Positions 23,754 through 36,143 of a DNA stretch of 64,000 nucleotides are shown here, one piece after another. This DNA comes from Rebecca billardiae RCC1528 (lineage: Eukaryota > Protista > Haptophyta), in assembly GCA_965240325.2 (NCBI GenBank), contig OZ251223.1, forward strand, positions 1,984,001 to 2,048,000. Reading direction: 5' to 3'. Made by a program: the position numbers and the translations under genes. The notes beneath the pieces were generated by a model that was given only the letters and a program-made list of their open reading frames with translations, did not search any database and was not told the origin of the DNA. The stretch's first letter is position 1. Every line of letters begins with the position of its first letter.

Positions 23754-26479
23754 TCAGCGCCGGCCACATCTTTTGTTCTTCATCTTGCCGGCGCGCTTCT
23801 TCACCGCAATCTGCTTGTCGCGCGCGCTCGCCTTGTTCTTGACGCGGACGTTGCGGCTGTAGCGGTCCATGTTGTAGTTCTTCATCTTCTTCTTCTCGAC
23901 GTTGGTGAGGCCGCCCGTGCTCGACTTCTTGCGCTTGTGCCCGAAGCGCTCGCGGTCAGTGCGGCCAGCGTGCACGCTCTCAAGCCGCTCCGCCTTGCTC
24001 GCGCGCTTGCGTGCCTTGGCGCCCTCGATGTCCAGCGGGTTGATCGCCTCCTCGTTCACGATGGCGAACTGCTCGGCGAGCACGGCCGCCTCATGCGCGG
24101 CGTCGTCGTCGACGCGCTTGCGCTTCTGCCCGGACTGCAGCTGCTGCTTGGCGTGCAGCTCGCGCAGCTTGCGCAGCCGCTCAAAGTCGGCGTCGGTGAG
24201 GATGCGGCTGACGTCCAGCCGCGGCCCGGCTGGCCCGGCGCCGTCGGCCGCTCCGTCCTCCCGCTGCTCCGCCGCGCCGCGCCGCCGCTTCGCCGCGCCC
24301 GCGGGCTTGGCATCGCGCTGCGCGCCGCGCTGCTCGCCGCCCCCGCCCTCGTCGTGCTCATCCTCCTCACCGCTGCCGCCCTCGCTGTCCTCCTCCTCGT
24401 CCGTGCCAAAGCCGGCGCTCCCGCCCCCGTCATCCAGGTCGCCGCTGTCGTCGTCGTCGTCGCTGCCGTCCAGCGCGTGCTCCTCGTCCTCCTCGCTGGC
24501 ATCACTGTCGTCCGCAGCGCCGTCCGCGCCCGCGGCCTCGTCGGCGAGCGCTGCGTCGATCTCTTCGCTCGCCTCCTCCTCCTCCTCCTCCTCCTCCTCC
24601 TCCTCCGCCTCCGCCTCCGCCTCCTCCTCCGAGTCCACGTCCACGTCGCCGTTCTTGCGCTGGTGCTCGGCGAGGAGCTCGACGCCTGGCGGGGCGGCGG
24701 GGCGCGCGAGCGCAGCCAAGCGCAGCGTGGTGCGGACGCAAGTGCGTGAGCAGCGAGCAGGCCTGCACGCGCGTAGTGCGCCCGGCACGCCGCCCGGCAC
24801 GCGAACGCGCGCGCGCAGCCTGTCCTGCACGCGCCCGCACTCCGCGCGCTCACCTGCAACACCCGTGGCCGTGCGCACGGCGCCGTATGCTGCGGGCTTC
24901 GCCTCCGCCGACCCGGCTGCGAGCTGGAGTGACATTGTCTTGCCACGATCGCGCCGGTGGAGCAGCTCCGGGTACTTCTCGCGGAAGACGACTATGAGCG
25001 AGCGCGCCGCCGCGACCACGTTCTGTCTCGCGAGCGGTCGCCAAGGGCCGCGCGGCGTGCCGGGCACAGATCAGCACGCGGCACGCGCGAGAGCGCGCTG
25101 GCGCGGGGCGCGCGGCGCACCTTGTCGCGGTCCTTCTTGTACTGGACGAGGTCGTGCAGCAGCGTCTCGTCCATCACCGCCGGCACGCGCGCGCAGATCT
25201 CGCGCAGCGTGTTCAGACCGATCGCGATCACCTCCGGCCGCGAGCGGTCGGACACAAAGTGGTGCACGATTGCGCGCACGAGCGACTCGAGCGCATCCGG
25301 CGGCACGAGCTCGTGGCACGCCTGCGCGGCGTTGGCGAGGATGAGCGAGACCTGCGCCTGGTGCGGCTGCACGTACTTCTGCAGCCACGGGTAGTAGTTG
25401 AGCAGCAGCAGCTGGTGCGACGCGATCAGCTGCGAGAGCGTGCTCATCATCAGCAGGCGCAGCTCGAAGCGCGCGGTCGAGCTGCGCAGCACGCCAAACA
25501 GCCGGTCCGCAAAGCCCTGCGGGTCGTTCAGCAGCATGATCGGCGAGAACTGGCCGCCGGGCGCGGCGCCGCCGCGCGCGGCGGAGTGCTTGCCCGCCGC
25601 CTTCGCCGCGCGCTTCAGCTTGCGCTGCTTCTTGCCCGCGCGCCCCGTCTGCGAGTTGCCCGCGAGCTTGCGCGCCTCGGTGAGCGTGCGCATGCGTTGG
25701 TGGCGCACCTCGGCCGCGCCCGCGCCTGCCGCGCCGCCGTCGTCGTCGTCGTCGTCGTCGTCGCCGGCGGCGTCGTCGTCGAGGTCGCGGCCGAGGAGGA
25801 AGCGCAGCGCGACAGCCACCATGTGCCCGGACGCGTGGAACGCCGCCGTCGCGATCACGTTCACCGTCTTGGCGTCGTTCCACACCTGCTTGCGGTACAG
25901 CTCGACCATCACGTCGAGCGAGTGGCGCGCGGCCGCGCCGTTCTCGTCGGAGACCATGGAGTACATGAAGTTCTGCAGCGCGCGGTTGAGCGGCTGGTTC
26001 TTGCGCTTCAGGTTCACGTTCTTCACGTCGCCCACGATGTGGTCGTGCAGGTACTTGCGCAGCGAGCGGTCGCGGCAGCGGAAGAGGCGGAAGAAGAGAG
26101 AGAGCACCTCGACCGGCGGCGCCAGCCCGCGGTTGCGCAGCAGGATGAGCGCCTGGACGAAGGAGAGGCGGATGGCGGGGACGAGCGCGTCGGCGTGCGC
26201 ATCGAGCACGGCCATCAGCTCCGCGCCGAGCGAGCGCACGTCCTCGCGCTCGGCGTAGCACGGCGCGACGTTGGAGACAAACGAAAGCAGCGACGGCAGC
26301 TCCTTGTCGTCCGAGGACGGCTTGAGGCGGAAGAGGTCGAGCGACGAGCGGAAGTGTAGGAGCGCGCGCTCAAACTCCTCCACGTACCCACCGGGGTCGC
26401 GCTTGATCTTGTTCTGGAGCAGCGGCCATTTGCTCAGGTCAGCGAGCGAGCCGCCGGGCGTGGTCCCGGCAGCCGCCAT
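23754..26479 (-). CDS. SDA1: SDA1 60S ribosome biogenesis factor; introns 25023-25120, 24686-24853
   Basis: LQNKIKRDPxxYxEEF, LILLRNR, NRALQNFMY, ELYRKQVWNDAKTVNVI, LLNDPQGFA, AQACHELVPPD, ARSLI..LLHRRDRGK, acidic tract, TNVEKKKMKNY. Confidence 0.95.
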
Positions 26480-26608
26480 CGGAATCCTTTTTGCTTGCCC
26501 ACGCGGCCGGCACGTGCCGGTGGGCGTTGCGTGGCCACCGGTGCTTGCACGTGTGCCCGGGGCCGGGTGCCGCCGCGAGGGCAGCCCCGCGGACGTGAGT
26601 GCGTGAGT

Positions 26609-29487
26609 ATGACGTCGGCTGCCGGGGAGCAGGCGGGGTCGAAGAAGAGCGCCGAGGCGGACGGGCACACGGTCTTTGTCGGCAACCTGCCCTTTGACTT
26701 CACCCAGTGCGCGCCGCGCCGCGCGAGCGCTCCGCATGCGGCCCGCCGGTCTGCTCACGCCGCGATGCGCGCGCGCGTGCCCGGTGGCGGCGGCGCGCAA
26801 CCACCGGGCGCAGTGAAAAGCTCGAGAAGCTGTTCGGCGACATTGGGCCCATCCGCGACTGCTACGTGGTCGGCGTCCCGTGCGTCGGCGTTGGCTACGT
26901 CAAGTACGCGCTGCCCACAGACGCAAATGCCGCCATCAACTCGCTGCACGGCAAAGCTGTCGACGGCCGCAAGCTGCGCGTCACGCTCGCCCAGGCCAAG
27001 GGGGCGGCGCGCAAGAAGGCAGGGGCCGGCGACAGCGCTGCGCGCGCCGCACCCGCCGCTCAGCCCGGCAAGCGCGGCCCTCGCGGCCCCGCGGCCCTCG
27101 CGCCCAAAGGGCGCGCGCGACTGATCGTGCGCAACCTCGCGTGGGGCGTGGAGGTGGACGAGCTCAAGAAGCTCTTCTCGGCGCACGGCCAGGTGAAGGA
27201 GGTCGTGCTGCCGACTCTCGCGGACGGGCGCAAGCGCGGCTTCGCCTTCGTCGAGATGTCCTCCCACGCCGAGTGCACCGACGCCATCTCCGCGCTCAAC
27301 CTCGAGCAGCTGCGCGGCCGGCCGATCGCGGTCGACCTCGCGCTATCAAAGGACCGGTACGATGGCGGCGGCGCGCGCGCGCAGGGCGGGCAGGCGGAGG
27401 CGCAGGAGGGTGAGGCGGGCGCGCGGGCGCGGCTCGACGGCGGCCGGGAGCAGCCGTCGCGCGCGGCGCCTGGGCGAAGCGGCGAGGTCGCCCGTGCGTC
27501 GCCGAGCGCGACAGCAGCGGCCGAGCGTGCTGCACCGCAGGAGGAGGACTCAGAGGAGGAGGAGGAGGAGGACGACTCGGAGGAGGACGAGGAGCAGGAG
27601 GAGGAGGAGGAGGGGCAGCAGCAGGGCGACGAAGACGAGAGGGGCTCGCGCGAAGCCGAGGCGGAAGGCGACGACAGCGAGTCAGCGGACGACACCTCTG
27701 AGGCTGACGGGGACGACAAGCTCGCAGCCGAGGAGGGCGGCGCGCGCGCGCCCGCGGCTGAGCGGCGCGCGGATGAGCTGGCGCGCACTGTCTTCGTGCA
27801 GAGCCTGCCGTTCGACGCGACGGAGGACGAGGTGCGCGAGGCGATGAGCGCGGCGTACGGCCCGGTGCTCTCGGCCCTGCTCGTGCGCGACAAGTCGAGC
27901 GGGCTGCCGCGCGGCAGTGCGTTTGTGATCTTCAAGCGCAAGGGCGCCGCCCGCGAGGCGGTCGAGCCCGTCGCGCCGGGCGACGAGTCGCAGGGCGTGT
28001 GGCTGCGCGGGCGGCAGCTGCGCGTGCTCGCCGCGGTGGAGCGGCAGGCGGCGGGCACGCTCACCGAGCGCCACGCCGTCGAGCGCGCCGCCGAGCGCCG
28101 CGCGCCGCCCGCCCACGGCAAGCACGCCGACCTCGCCTCCCTCGGGGTCGCGCTGCGAGGCACCGAGGCCGCAGACGGCCTCTCTCCCGCGGAGCTCAAG
28201 GCAGCCGAGATGGGGTGGGCGAAGAAGAAGGCGAAGCTCAAGTCGCCGCACTACGTGGTCTCGCCCACTCGGCTCTCGGTGCGTGCGCGCGCTGCGCGCG
28301 CGTGGGCGGCCCTGCGCGCTGCGCTCCCGCCCGCGCTGCGCTCCCGCCCCCCGTGCGCCGCCCCGCCGCCCCCCGACGGCGGCACGCCCTGAGCCTGCGC
28401 GCCCTGCCCCGCTGCGCGCCCTGCCCCGCTGCGCGCCCTGCCCCGCTGCGCGCGCGCGGTGGGGTGCCAGGTGCGCAACATCCCCTGGGCGATGACGGAG
28501 GCGCAGCTCGGCCGCGTCTTTGTCGCGGCGGCGCAGGAGGCCGGCGGCGACGGCGCGCCCGCGCCCGCGCTGCGCCACGCCAAGCTCGTCTGGATGGCTG
28601 GGAGTGGCGAGCACGCGGCCGCCGCGGCGCGCAATGCCACGGGCGCGGCCGACGCGCCGCCAGCCATTCGCAAGCACGCAGGGTACGGCTTCGTCGAGTT
28701 CGAGCAGCACGAGCACGCGCTCGCCGCGCTGCACGCGCTCTCGCACCGGCCCGACACGCTCGCGCGCCTAGGCGGCGCGCCGGCCGGCGCCGCCCGCGCG
28801 CGCGGCGCACAGCCCGCGCAGGCGCAGCCGAGGCGCGGCCTCGTGGTGGAGTTTGCGCTCGACGACACGCGCAAGCTGCAGCAGCAGCGGCTGCGGCGCG
28901 AGCGGCGCACGGCGCGCGGACGGCGCGTGGCGGAGGGCGACGGGCGGCCCTCGCCGAAGCCCGGCGCGCAGCCGGGCTCCTCCGACGCCGCCAAGCCCGC
29001 GCGTGCGCCAAAGCGCGCGCGCGCCGAGGAGGGCGCGGCGGAGAGCGGCGGGCCAGGCCGGCAGCGCGCTCGGCAGCCCTCCGACTCGCACGCAGAGCCG
29101 CGTGGCAAGCCCGGCGCGCACAAGCCGCGCGCCCGAGCCGCGGCCGGCGGTGGCGACGCTGAGCGGCACGAGCCAGCTCCCCGCCCGGCGCGGCCCTCGC
29201 CTGCCTCGCGTGCGCCCCAGCCCCAACCCGCAGCAAGGCAGCCGAGAGGCACCCAGGCCGGCAAGCGTGCAGCACCGGGCGCAGCGAGTGCTGAGCGCCG
29301 GCGCCCCTCTGCGGAGGGTGCAGATGAGCACGGGGCACCCCGCTCGCGCACGCGGCGCAAGCTGGCCGAGGCGGCGGAGGACGCAAGCTTCGATCGCGCT
29401 GTTGCACGGCACAAGCGCGCGCTCGCGCCGGTCGCGTCGAGCCAGGGCGGCGACGGTCTGCGCGCCTGGCTTGGAGGCGAGGCGTGA
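26609..29487 (+). CDS. NOP4: NOP4/RBM28 four-RRM nucleolar protein; introns 26707-26813, 28279-28470
   Basis: RRM1 TVFVGNLPF, RRM2 ARLIVRNLAW..KRGFAFV..GRPIAVDLALSKDRY, acidic tract, RRM3 RTVFVQSLPFD..GSAFV, KLKSPHYVVSPTRLS|VRNIP, GYGFVEF..HEHALAAL, LVVEFALDD. Confidence 0.9.
28394..28455 (+). repeat. Short intronic tandem repeat (CCTGCCCCGCTGCGCGC, about 3 copies)
   Basis: Direct reading inside NOP4 intron 2. Confidence 0.8.
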
Positions 29488-30391
29488 AGACCGCGACCGT
29501 TCATCGGGCCATCGTTTTGATGCGCTGATGACAATTTGCTGTGTGTGACGAGTGATGCTGTCGTCCATCACGATGACGACTACGTCTACGAAGCCTTGCT
29601 AGCTGCGCGCTCTTTAGGCGGCGCGAGCAGTAACTATACAGCGCTATACTGTTATTACTGCTAGTATAGTATAGACTGCTAGTATAGACTTAGCAGTTAC
29701 TAGTACGCTTGCCGGCTTGCCTGCCGTATTAGCCTCATCAGCACAGTCGTCTGTCAGTCTGCCACAACTGCCACTCCTGCGCCCACTATCCCTCTGCTGA
29801 TATTGCCGCATTCTGATATGGCGGCGGCCGCATGAGTACAGCATCATCAGCACAGCACGATTCCGTGCCGCTGCATCTTAGCTGCTAGCAATAGCTAGCC
29901 CGGCTCGTGATCCAGCGCCGATCGGTCAGAGTCATGCTACGACGTCCGATCTGTACGTGCGAGGCACTCAGCAGACAGCAGCACTGGCACACTCAGGACG
30001 AGAACGTCGAGACGAACCGCTGGCTGCTCGCTGACAATAACAGCCCATTATAAAACAGGCGGCGGCGCTAATAGTGGGACGGTGCGCGCTGCTGACTGAT
30101 CAGGTATGCTGCTGCCAGGCTTCGTCTCAAGTAGCGTATATATATTTCTCGATCGGGGCAGTCAGTGCTGACGGGGTGCTATTAACGGGTGATGATGCTA
30201 ATAAGTCATCACAGATCGACGGGCACGCTATACGTCAGCCGCTCTCACTATCAGCTGCGGCAACGAGCGTCCAGCAGAGTGCCGTTCGGCCCAGGGCCAG
30301 TGATATCTGGACACGCTGCCATCCGCTGCAGCCTATGATGCATAGAACAACGACGCACGCAGTAGTGCTCAGCACGGCCAACGCGCTGCGG

Positions 30392-31792
30392 CTAGGCGGC
30401 GAGGGCCGCGCTCTTGAGGTCCTTTCCGATGGCGGAGACCTCGAAGCCGATGTTTGCCAGCTTGGCGTGGTCGAGGATGTTGCGCCCGTCAAACGCAAAG
30501 CACGGCTTCACCATCGAGCCGTACATGCGCTCGTAGTCGAGGCCCTTGAACTCGTCCCACTCGGTCATCACGGCGAAGGCGTGCGCGCCGGCGCACGCGA
30601 TGTACGGGTCGGTCTCGACGAGCACCTTGTCCGCCGGCGGGTTGTCCAGGTCGGCCATCATCTGCTCGCGCGAGACCTTTGGGTCGTAGATGGAGAGCGT
30701 CGCGCCCTCGCGCAGCAGCGCGGCGCACACGGCGATCGCGGCGGTCTCGCGCGTGTCGCCCGTGTCCTTCTTGAAGGCGAAGCCGAGCACGGCGATCTTC
30801 TTCCCGCTCACCGTGTTGAACATCTTCCCCACCATCTGCTTCGCGAAGCGCTCCTTCTGCCAGTCGTTCATCACGATCACCTGCTGCCAGTACGCGGCGA
30901 CCTCCGGCAGCCCAAACGACCTGCACAGGTACACCAGGTTGAGGATGTCCTTCTGGAAGCAGCTGCCGCCGAAGCCGACGGAGGCGCGCAGGAACTTGGG
31001 GCCGATGCGCGAGTCCACGCCGATCGCGTGCGCCACCTCGTCCACGTCCGCGCCCGTCGCCTCGCACAGCGCGGAGATCGAGTTGATCGACGAGATGCGC
31101 TGCGCGAGGAACGCGTTGGCCGTGAGCTTCGACAGCTCGGCCGACCACAGGTTGGTCGTGAGCACCTTCGAGTCGGGCACCCAGCGGCGGTAGATGTTCG
31201 CGAGCCTCTCGATCGCCTCGAGGCCCTCTGGCGTCTGCTCGCCGCCCACCAGCACGCGGTCGGGCTTGAGCAGGTCCTGGATGGCCGTGCCCTCCGCGAG
31301 GAACTCCGGGTTGGAGAGCACCTGGAACGCGTGCTCCGAGTTGGCCTCGAGCACCTTCGCCATCGCGGCGGCTGTCTTGACGGGGACCGTCGACTTCTCC
31401 ACGATGATCTTCGGCCCCTCCGCCACCTGCGCGATGTGCCGCCCCGCCAGCTCCCAGTAGGTGAGGTCTGCCGCCTCGCCCGCGCCGATGCCGCTCTTCT
31501 TCGTCGGCGTGTTCACCGAGACGAAGATGATGTCCGCCTCGCGGATCGCCGCCGTGCTGTCCGTCGTAAAGAAGAGGTTCTTTCCGCGCGTGGCTTCCAC
31601 GATCTCCTGCAGGCCCGGCTCATAGATCGGCAGGTTGGCCGATTGCCACGCGGCGATGCGGCGCTCGGACAGGTCGACGACCGTCACCTTGACGTCCGGG
31701 CACATCTTGGCGATCACAGTCATGGTTGGGCCACCAACGTAGCCGGCGCCCAGGCAGCAGATCTTGCACGTCCATTGCTTCTCACCGTCCAT
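30392..31792 (-). CDS. UGDH: UDP-glucose 6-dehydrogenase
   Basis: [82 protein letters not shown]; intronless. Confidence 0.98.
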   Translation of the reverse strand: MDGEKQWTCKICCLGAGYVGGPTMTVIAKMCPDVKVTVVDLSERRIAAWQSANLPIYEPGLQEIVEATRGKNLFFTTDSTAAIREADIIFVSVNTPTKKSGIGAGEAADLTYWELAGRHIAQVAEGPKIIVEKSTVPVKTAAAMAKVLEANSEHAFQVLSNPEFLAEGTAIQDLLKPDRVLVGGEQTPEGLEAIERLANIYRRWVPDSKVLTTNLWSAELSKLTANAFLAQRISSINSISALCEATGADVDEVAHAIGVDSRIGPKFLRASVGFGGSCFQKDILNLVYLCRSFGLPEVAAYWQQVIVMNDWQKERFAKQMVGKMFNTVSGKKIAVLGFAFKKDTGDTRETAAIAVCAALLREGATLSIYDPKVSREQMMADLDNPPADKVLVETDPYIACAGAHAFAVMTEWDEFKGLDYERMYGSMVKPCFAFDGRNILDHAKLANIGFEVSAIGKDLKSAALAA

Positions 31793-32501
31793 CGCGCGTA
31801 CAGGGGGAGGGATGCGAGGGTGTAGGAGGTGGCGCGCGTGTGCACGGCTGGGCTTGGGCGTTGGAGCGAACGACGACCGGCGCCGATTCCACTCGGCGCC
31901 GATGCGCTGGTTTTCACGACCGGCGCAGGGTGCAAGCCGTTAATATGTACTACTAGTAGTAGCAACTTACCCGTATCATTGAGGGCCAACGCCAACGGAA
32001 GGTGGAAGATAACCGCCATATCTGCTGCAACGAAACGCACGCGTCGTTGTAGATTTTTAAAAATGAAACAAATTGCGCTAGCACTGTCTTAATGACTTAG
32101 CAGGCGCTCATGTCATCAGACATCAGTCGTGGTTCATCACGCGCGGAAAGCACTCAGCGACGTCCGTCTGTGGCCTCTGCGCGCTGAACTTGCAATATCG
32201 TTGACTGCGGACGACAGACTCGGAGCAGACGCCAGTCGAAGTCGTGACGTCGTAGTCGGTTATACCATTCTTACACAATGATAGCAGTCGCGCGCGCGCG
32301 TCGACATGCGACGAGCAGCAGACTACAAACAAGTCAGGCCGCCGCACCGCCGGCACCGCGCGCCGATGTCGATGATGATGATGATCAATGATGATAGTAG
32401 AACTCATGCATGAGAGTGCCCCCAAAGTGTCGACGCGCGACGGGTGCGTCGTCAGTCAGCTCTGCGCTGGCCTCCTCTCGGTGGATGCGGCCCGCCCCGC
32501 C

Positions 32502-35500
32502 TCACGCGGCCTGCTCGCGCAGGCGGCGCAGGCGCTTGCACGTGGCCTTGTGCGCGGGCCACCCCGCCTTGAGGCAGGCCGCTCCGCAGAAGCGCTCCAC
32601 CTTGCATCCGCTGCACACGCGCAGCTCCACGCCGCTCGTCGCACCGCGTGCGCCGCAGTGCGCGCAGCACGGCACCGCGGTCGCCGTTGGGCGCTGCCTC
32701 GGGCTCGGGCTTGCTGGGGTGCCGGGCGCGACGCCGGGCGCGTCGTCGTCGTCGCGCGCGCTCTGCGCCTTTGCGAGCAGGGCCTCCGCGCGCGAGACGG
32801 GCGCCATGTCCTCGGCGACGAGCCGCGCGCGCTGCTCCGCCGACATGGCCTCCCAGCGGAAGCCTGCGCGCTTCTCCGCTGACATCTTCTCCCAGCGCCG
32901 CACGAGGAGGCGGAGGGTCTCCACGACGAAGGCCTCGTCGTGCGCGCCGGCCGGCGCGCCGTCGGGCTGCGCCGCGCGCCCCTTGGCGCGCGCCATCGAC
33001 GCGGCGCGCAGCAGGACGAAGCAGCCAAAGCCCGAGTTCGCAAAGGCGCGGTACACGAGCGCGGCGCGCAGCTCCTGCGTTCCCTGCGCCGTGATGTCGG
33101 CCTTGGAGAACTCGGCGGCGGCGGGGCTCGCCTCCGCATCGCCGTGCGCGGAGGCGGCCCGGAACGAGGCGTGCGCGCGCGATACGAGGCGAATGGCTTG
33201 GACCAACTCCTCGCCGGGCCCCGCCGGGCGCGCGCCGTCCACGGCGCCGAGCGCGTCTTCAAACTTGGCCTTGAGGTCTGCGCCCGAGAGCAGGCAGTGC
33301 GACAAGGACGGGCACGACGCGACGAGCCGGCCGAGCGCGATGCCCGCCTCCGCGACCAGGAGGCCGCCGTCCTTCCGGTCGGTGCACGGGAAGGGCAGGT
33401 TGTGCACGAAGCCGTCGAGCGCGGGGCAGTACAGCCGCGCGAGCACCTCGGAGATGTCCGTGGGGCGCACGCCGCGCCACTCCACCACCGTGAGCGCCGC
33501 CAACGCCTTCTGCGCCGAGCCCGTGGTGTCGCCGCCGACCGCCGCCTCCGACGCGACCGCGGGCAGCCCCCACGGGAAGCTGGCGAAGCGCGAGCGGCGC
33601 GCGGCGCTCGATGGGACGCCGCTCTTCCCAATGCCCGCGGCCGCGTGCACTGCAAGCCCGAGGAACTCGCCGCCGGCCCACTGCCCCTGCGGCGCGCGGA
33701 TGAGTCCGATCGAGCGGCGCACGGCCGCGTCGCGCAAGGCGGCGCCCAGGCTGGCCGCCGCGCACGGCGGCTCGAGCGCCAGCACATCCTCCTCCTCAGT
33801 CGAGCCGCACTCCGCCGAGCCGGCCGCGCCAGCGGCCGCGTCGGCGTCGAGCGCCGCGGACGGGCCCCCCTGCGCGCGCGTCTCGAGCAGCGCCAGCCGC
33901 ATGAGCAGCGTGCACCCAAACGCGCGCAGGTGGTGCGGCGCGTGGTCCTTCGACTTGGAGGCGGCCGAGGGCCCGCTGAGGAACTCCTTCACGCAGTCGG
34001 CGGCGGGAACCCCCGAGGCGCCGCTGCGCTGCATGTACTCCACGAACATCGGGTCGTGCTCCAGCCGGCCCGCGTCGTCGTGCGCGCGCGGGTCGTCCGC
34101 GTGGAGCGGCAGCTCGTCTGCGAGCGCGCGGTCGAGCGCGGCCGCGTCCCACACCGTCGCGTCCGCTCCGCGCGCGAACGCGAGGGCGCGCAGCTGCTCG
34201 GAGGCGGCGAGCGCGGCGAGGGGCACGGCGCGCGCGCACGCGCGCAGCGCGCGCTGCGTCTCCATCGGCACCTCGCCCATGTGGTCGTCGTCGACGTGCC
34301 ACGCGCGCGGGTGCGTGTACGCCGCGCGGAAGACAGCCGCCACTGCGAGCGCCGCGCGCGCGACGCGGTCGCCGTACGCGCACGCCTCGGCGCCGGCGGC
34401 GTCATCGTCGGCGTCGGCCGCGGAGGCGACGCGCGGCAGCGAGGGGTGTGCGATCGCGGCGCGCAGCGTGGCGACGGCCTGACGCAGCGCGTCGGCGGGG
34501 CCCACGTCCGTGCGCACGAGCGACCAGATCTGGGCGCGCGCGTCGCAGCGCGCGCACAGCGCGCCCGCGCGCAGCCGAGCCGCGTCGCGCTTGGCCGCGT
34601 CCGCCGGCTCGGCCGCCGTGGCCGCGCGCGCGTCGAGCGCGTCCGCGCACGCGCGCAGCGCGCGCGCGCCCTCGGCCGCGTGCTCGTCCCCGAGGGCCAG
34701 CAGCGCCGCCGCCAGCCGCTCCGCGCCGCGCGGCCACGCGGGCTCGAGCGCGACCGCGCGCCGCCCGTCCGCCACCGCCTTCTCGAGCAGCAGCCGACCG
34801 CCATGCAGGTGCGCACGCGTCGTCGAGCGCAGCTGCCGGCCCAGGCGCGTGCGCACGTGGGCGAGGTTGGCGCGGACGGCGGCGCTCTCCTCGATCGCCG
34901 CCGCGCGCTCCCACGCCGCCACCGCCGCCCACAGCCGCCCGGCGCCAAAGTGCGCCTTCCCGGCCTCGCGCGCGTCCTGCGCGGACTCGAGCGCGCCGAT
35001 GCTCCGCGCGTGCTGCACGTAGCCAGGCTCTGCCGCGGGGCGCTTGGCGAGGGCGGCCTCGACGGCGGCCTGGGGCATGCAGCTCGGGCTCTGCGCGTCA
35101 CCCCTCGATGCGCGCATGCGCGACATTGCCACGTGCGACATGCCGTGCATCTCGTGCGCAACGTCGAACCGGGTCCTCGGCGCGACGGTCGCCACCCACG
35201 CGTCGCGCCTCGCGGCGGTCGTGAACCACGACGCGGCGGCGGCGTGGTCCTCGAAGCACGCGAGCGCCTGCGTGACCGTCTCGAGGTAGTCCCACGCGGC
35301 GGCGGCCTGCGCGTCGAGGCCGGGCGGCACGGCGCCTTGTGCGGGCGCAGGGAGGCAACGCACCGCCGGGACGCGCAGAACGCCCAGCGAGGCGTGGAGC
35401 TCCTGCGGGCCGTGCTGCCCGCGGAGCGCGGCCGCGACGTGGTCGAGCATGAGAGCGAGGTCGAAGAGGTCCACAGCCCGCGCACGCGATGCCTGGCGCT

Positions 35501-35549
35501 CAAAGCGGCGCGCGAGGTCTTCGTACGAGGCGGAGACGCGTGGGGCCAT
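32502..35549 (-). CDS. TPR-containing protein with C-terminal MYND zinc finger
   Basis: TPR-like AREAGKAHFGAG..ANLAHVRTRLG..DGRRAVALEPAWPRG; MYND CAHC..CSGCKVERFCGAACLKAGWPAHKATC. Confidence 0.8.
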   Translation of the reverse strand: MAPRVSASYEDLARRFERQASRARAVDLFDLALMLDHVAAALRGQHGPQELHASLGVLRVPAVRCLPAPAQGAVPPGLDAQAAAAWDYLETVTQALACFEDHAAAASWFTTAARRDAWVATVAPRTRFDVAHEMHGMSHVAMSRMRASRGDAQSPSCMPQAAVEAALAKRPAAEPGYVQHARSIGALESAQDAREAGKAHFGAGRLWAAVAAWERAAAIEESAAVRANLAHVRTRLGRQLRSTTRAHLHGGRLLLEKAVADGRRAVALEPAWPRGAERLAAALLALGDEHAAEGARALRACADALDARAATAAEPADAAKRDAARLRAGALCARCDARAQIWSLVRTDVGPADALRQAVATLRAAIAHPSLPRVASAADADDDAAGAEACAYGDRVARAALAVAAVFRAAYTHPRAWHVDDDHMGEVPMETQRALRACARAVPLAALAASEQLRALAFARGADATVWDAAALDRALADELPLHADDPRAHDDAGRLEHDPMFVEYMQRSGASGVPAADCVKEFLSGPSAASKSKDHAPHHLRAFGCTLLMRLALLETRAQGGPSAALDADAAAGAAGSAECGSTEEEDVLALEPPCAAASLGAALRDAAVRRSIGLIRAPQGQWAGGEFLGLAVHAAAGIGKSGVPSSAARRSRFASFPWGLPAVASEAAVGGDTTGSAQKALAALTVVEWRGVRPTDISEVLARLYCPALDGFVHNLPFPCTDRKDGGLLVAEAGIALGRLVASCPSLSHCLLSGADLKAKFEDALGAVDGARPAGPGEELVQAIRLVSRAHASFRAASAHGDAEASPAAAEFSKADITAQGTQELRAALVYRAFANSGFGCFVLLRAASMARAKGRAAQPDGAPAGAHDEAFVVETLRLLVRRWEKMSAEKRAGFRWEAMSAEQRARLVAEDMAPVSRAEALLAKAQSARDDDDAPGVAPGTPASPSPRQRPTATAVPCCAHCGARGATSGVELRVCSGCKVERFCGAACLKAGWPAHKATCKRLRRLREQAA

Positions 35550-35813
35550 GCTCGGCGCGTGGGGGGCGGGGCGGGCTGACGTGTGGCGGGTGGTCGCGCG
35601 AGGTGCCGCGACGCGCGGGCGTCTGCGGGCGTTGCTTTCGTCCGGGCGGCGATGCAGTTCCGTTCCGGCGGTACACGGTCCGGCTGTGCAGGACGGTCGT
35701 ATTGCTGTACAGTTTATTTGTTTTAACGTGCGTAAGGCTCACGGTGGCAGGTTGCCGCGCCATCCTTCATCGCACGCTCTCCGAAGAGACTAGAGAGACC
35801 TGGAAACTGGGTC

Positions 35814-35936
35814 GTTTACTAAGAATAAGAGACGCACACAGCTCAGGCAGGCGAGATTGACGCCCGCCAACTGTCACCGCCCATGAAGCCGTCGCCAATC
35901 GGGTAGCGCCGTCGGAAGATTCGTTCAGCCGTCCGC
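35814..35936 (+). repeat. Dispersed TA-CAGT motif family, long copy lacking the first bases
   Basis: GTTTACTAAGAATAAGAGACGCACACAGCTCAGGCAGGCGAGATTGACGCCCGCC...CAGCCGTCCGC. Confidence 0.85.
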
Positions 35937-36143
35937 AGTACAGTACGGTCCGGGCTGCAGGTGCTCTGGCGCCTTGGCGACAGCGGTGATCCGTGACACT
36001 GGGACGGATTTGATTCATCGGATTCGGAATCAGTTACGGATCATTACTCATTAGAGTTAGACCAGTGGCTCCCGGCGACCGCATTGACCGTACGGGCGTA
36101 CTCGTAGGCAGCGGGCGCCAGGCGAGCAGATTAACTGAGCGCG

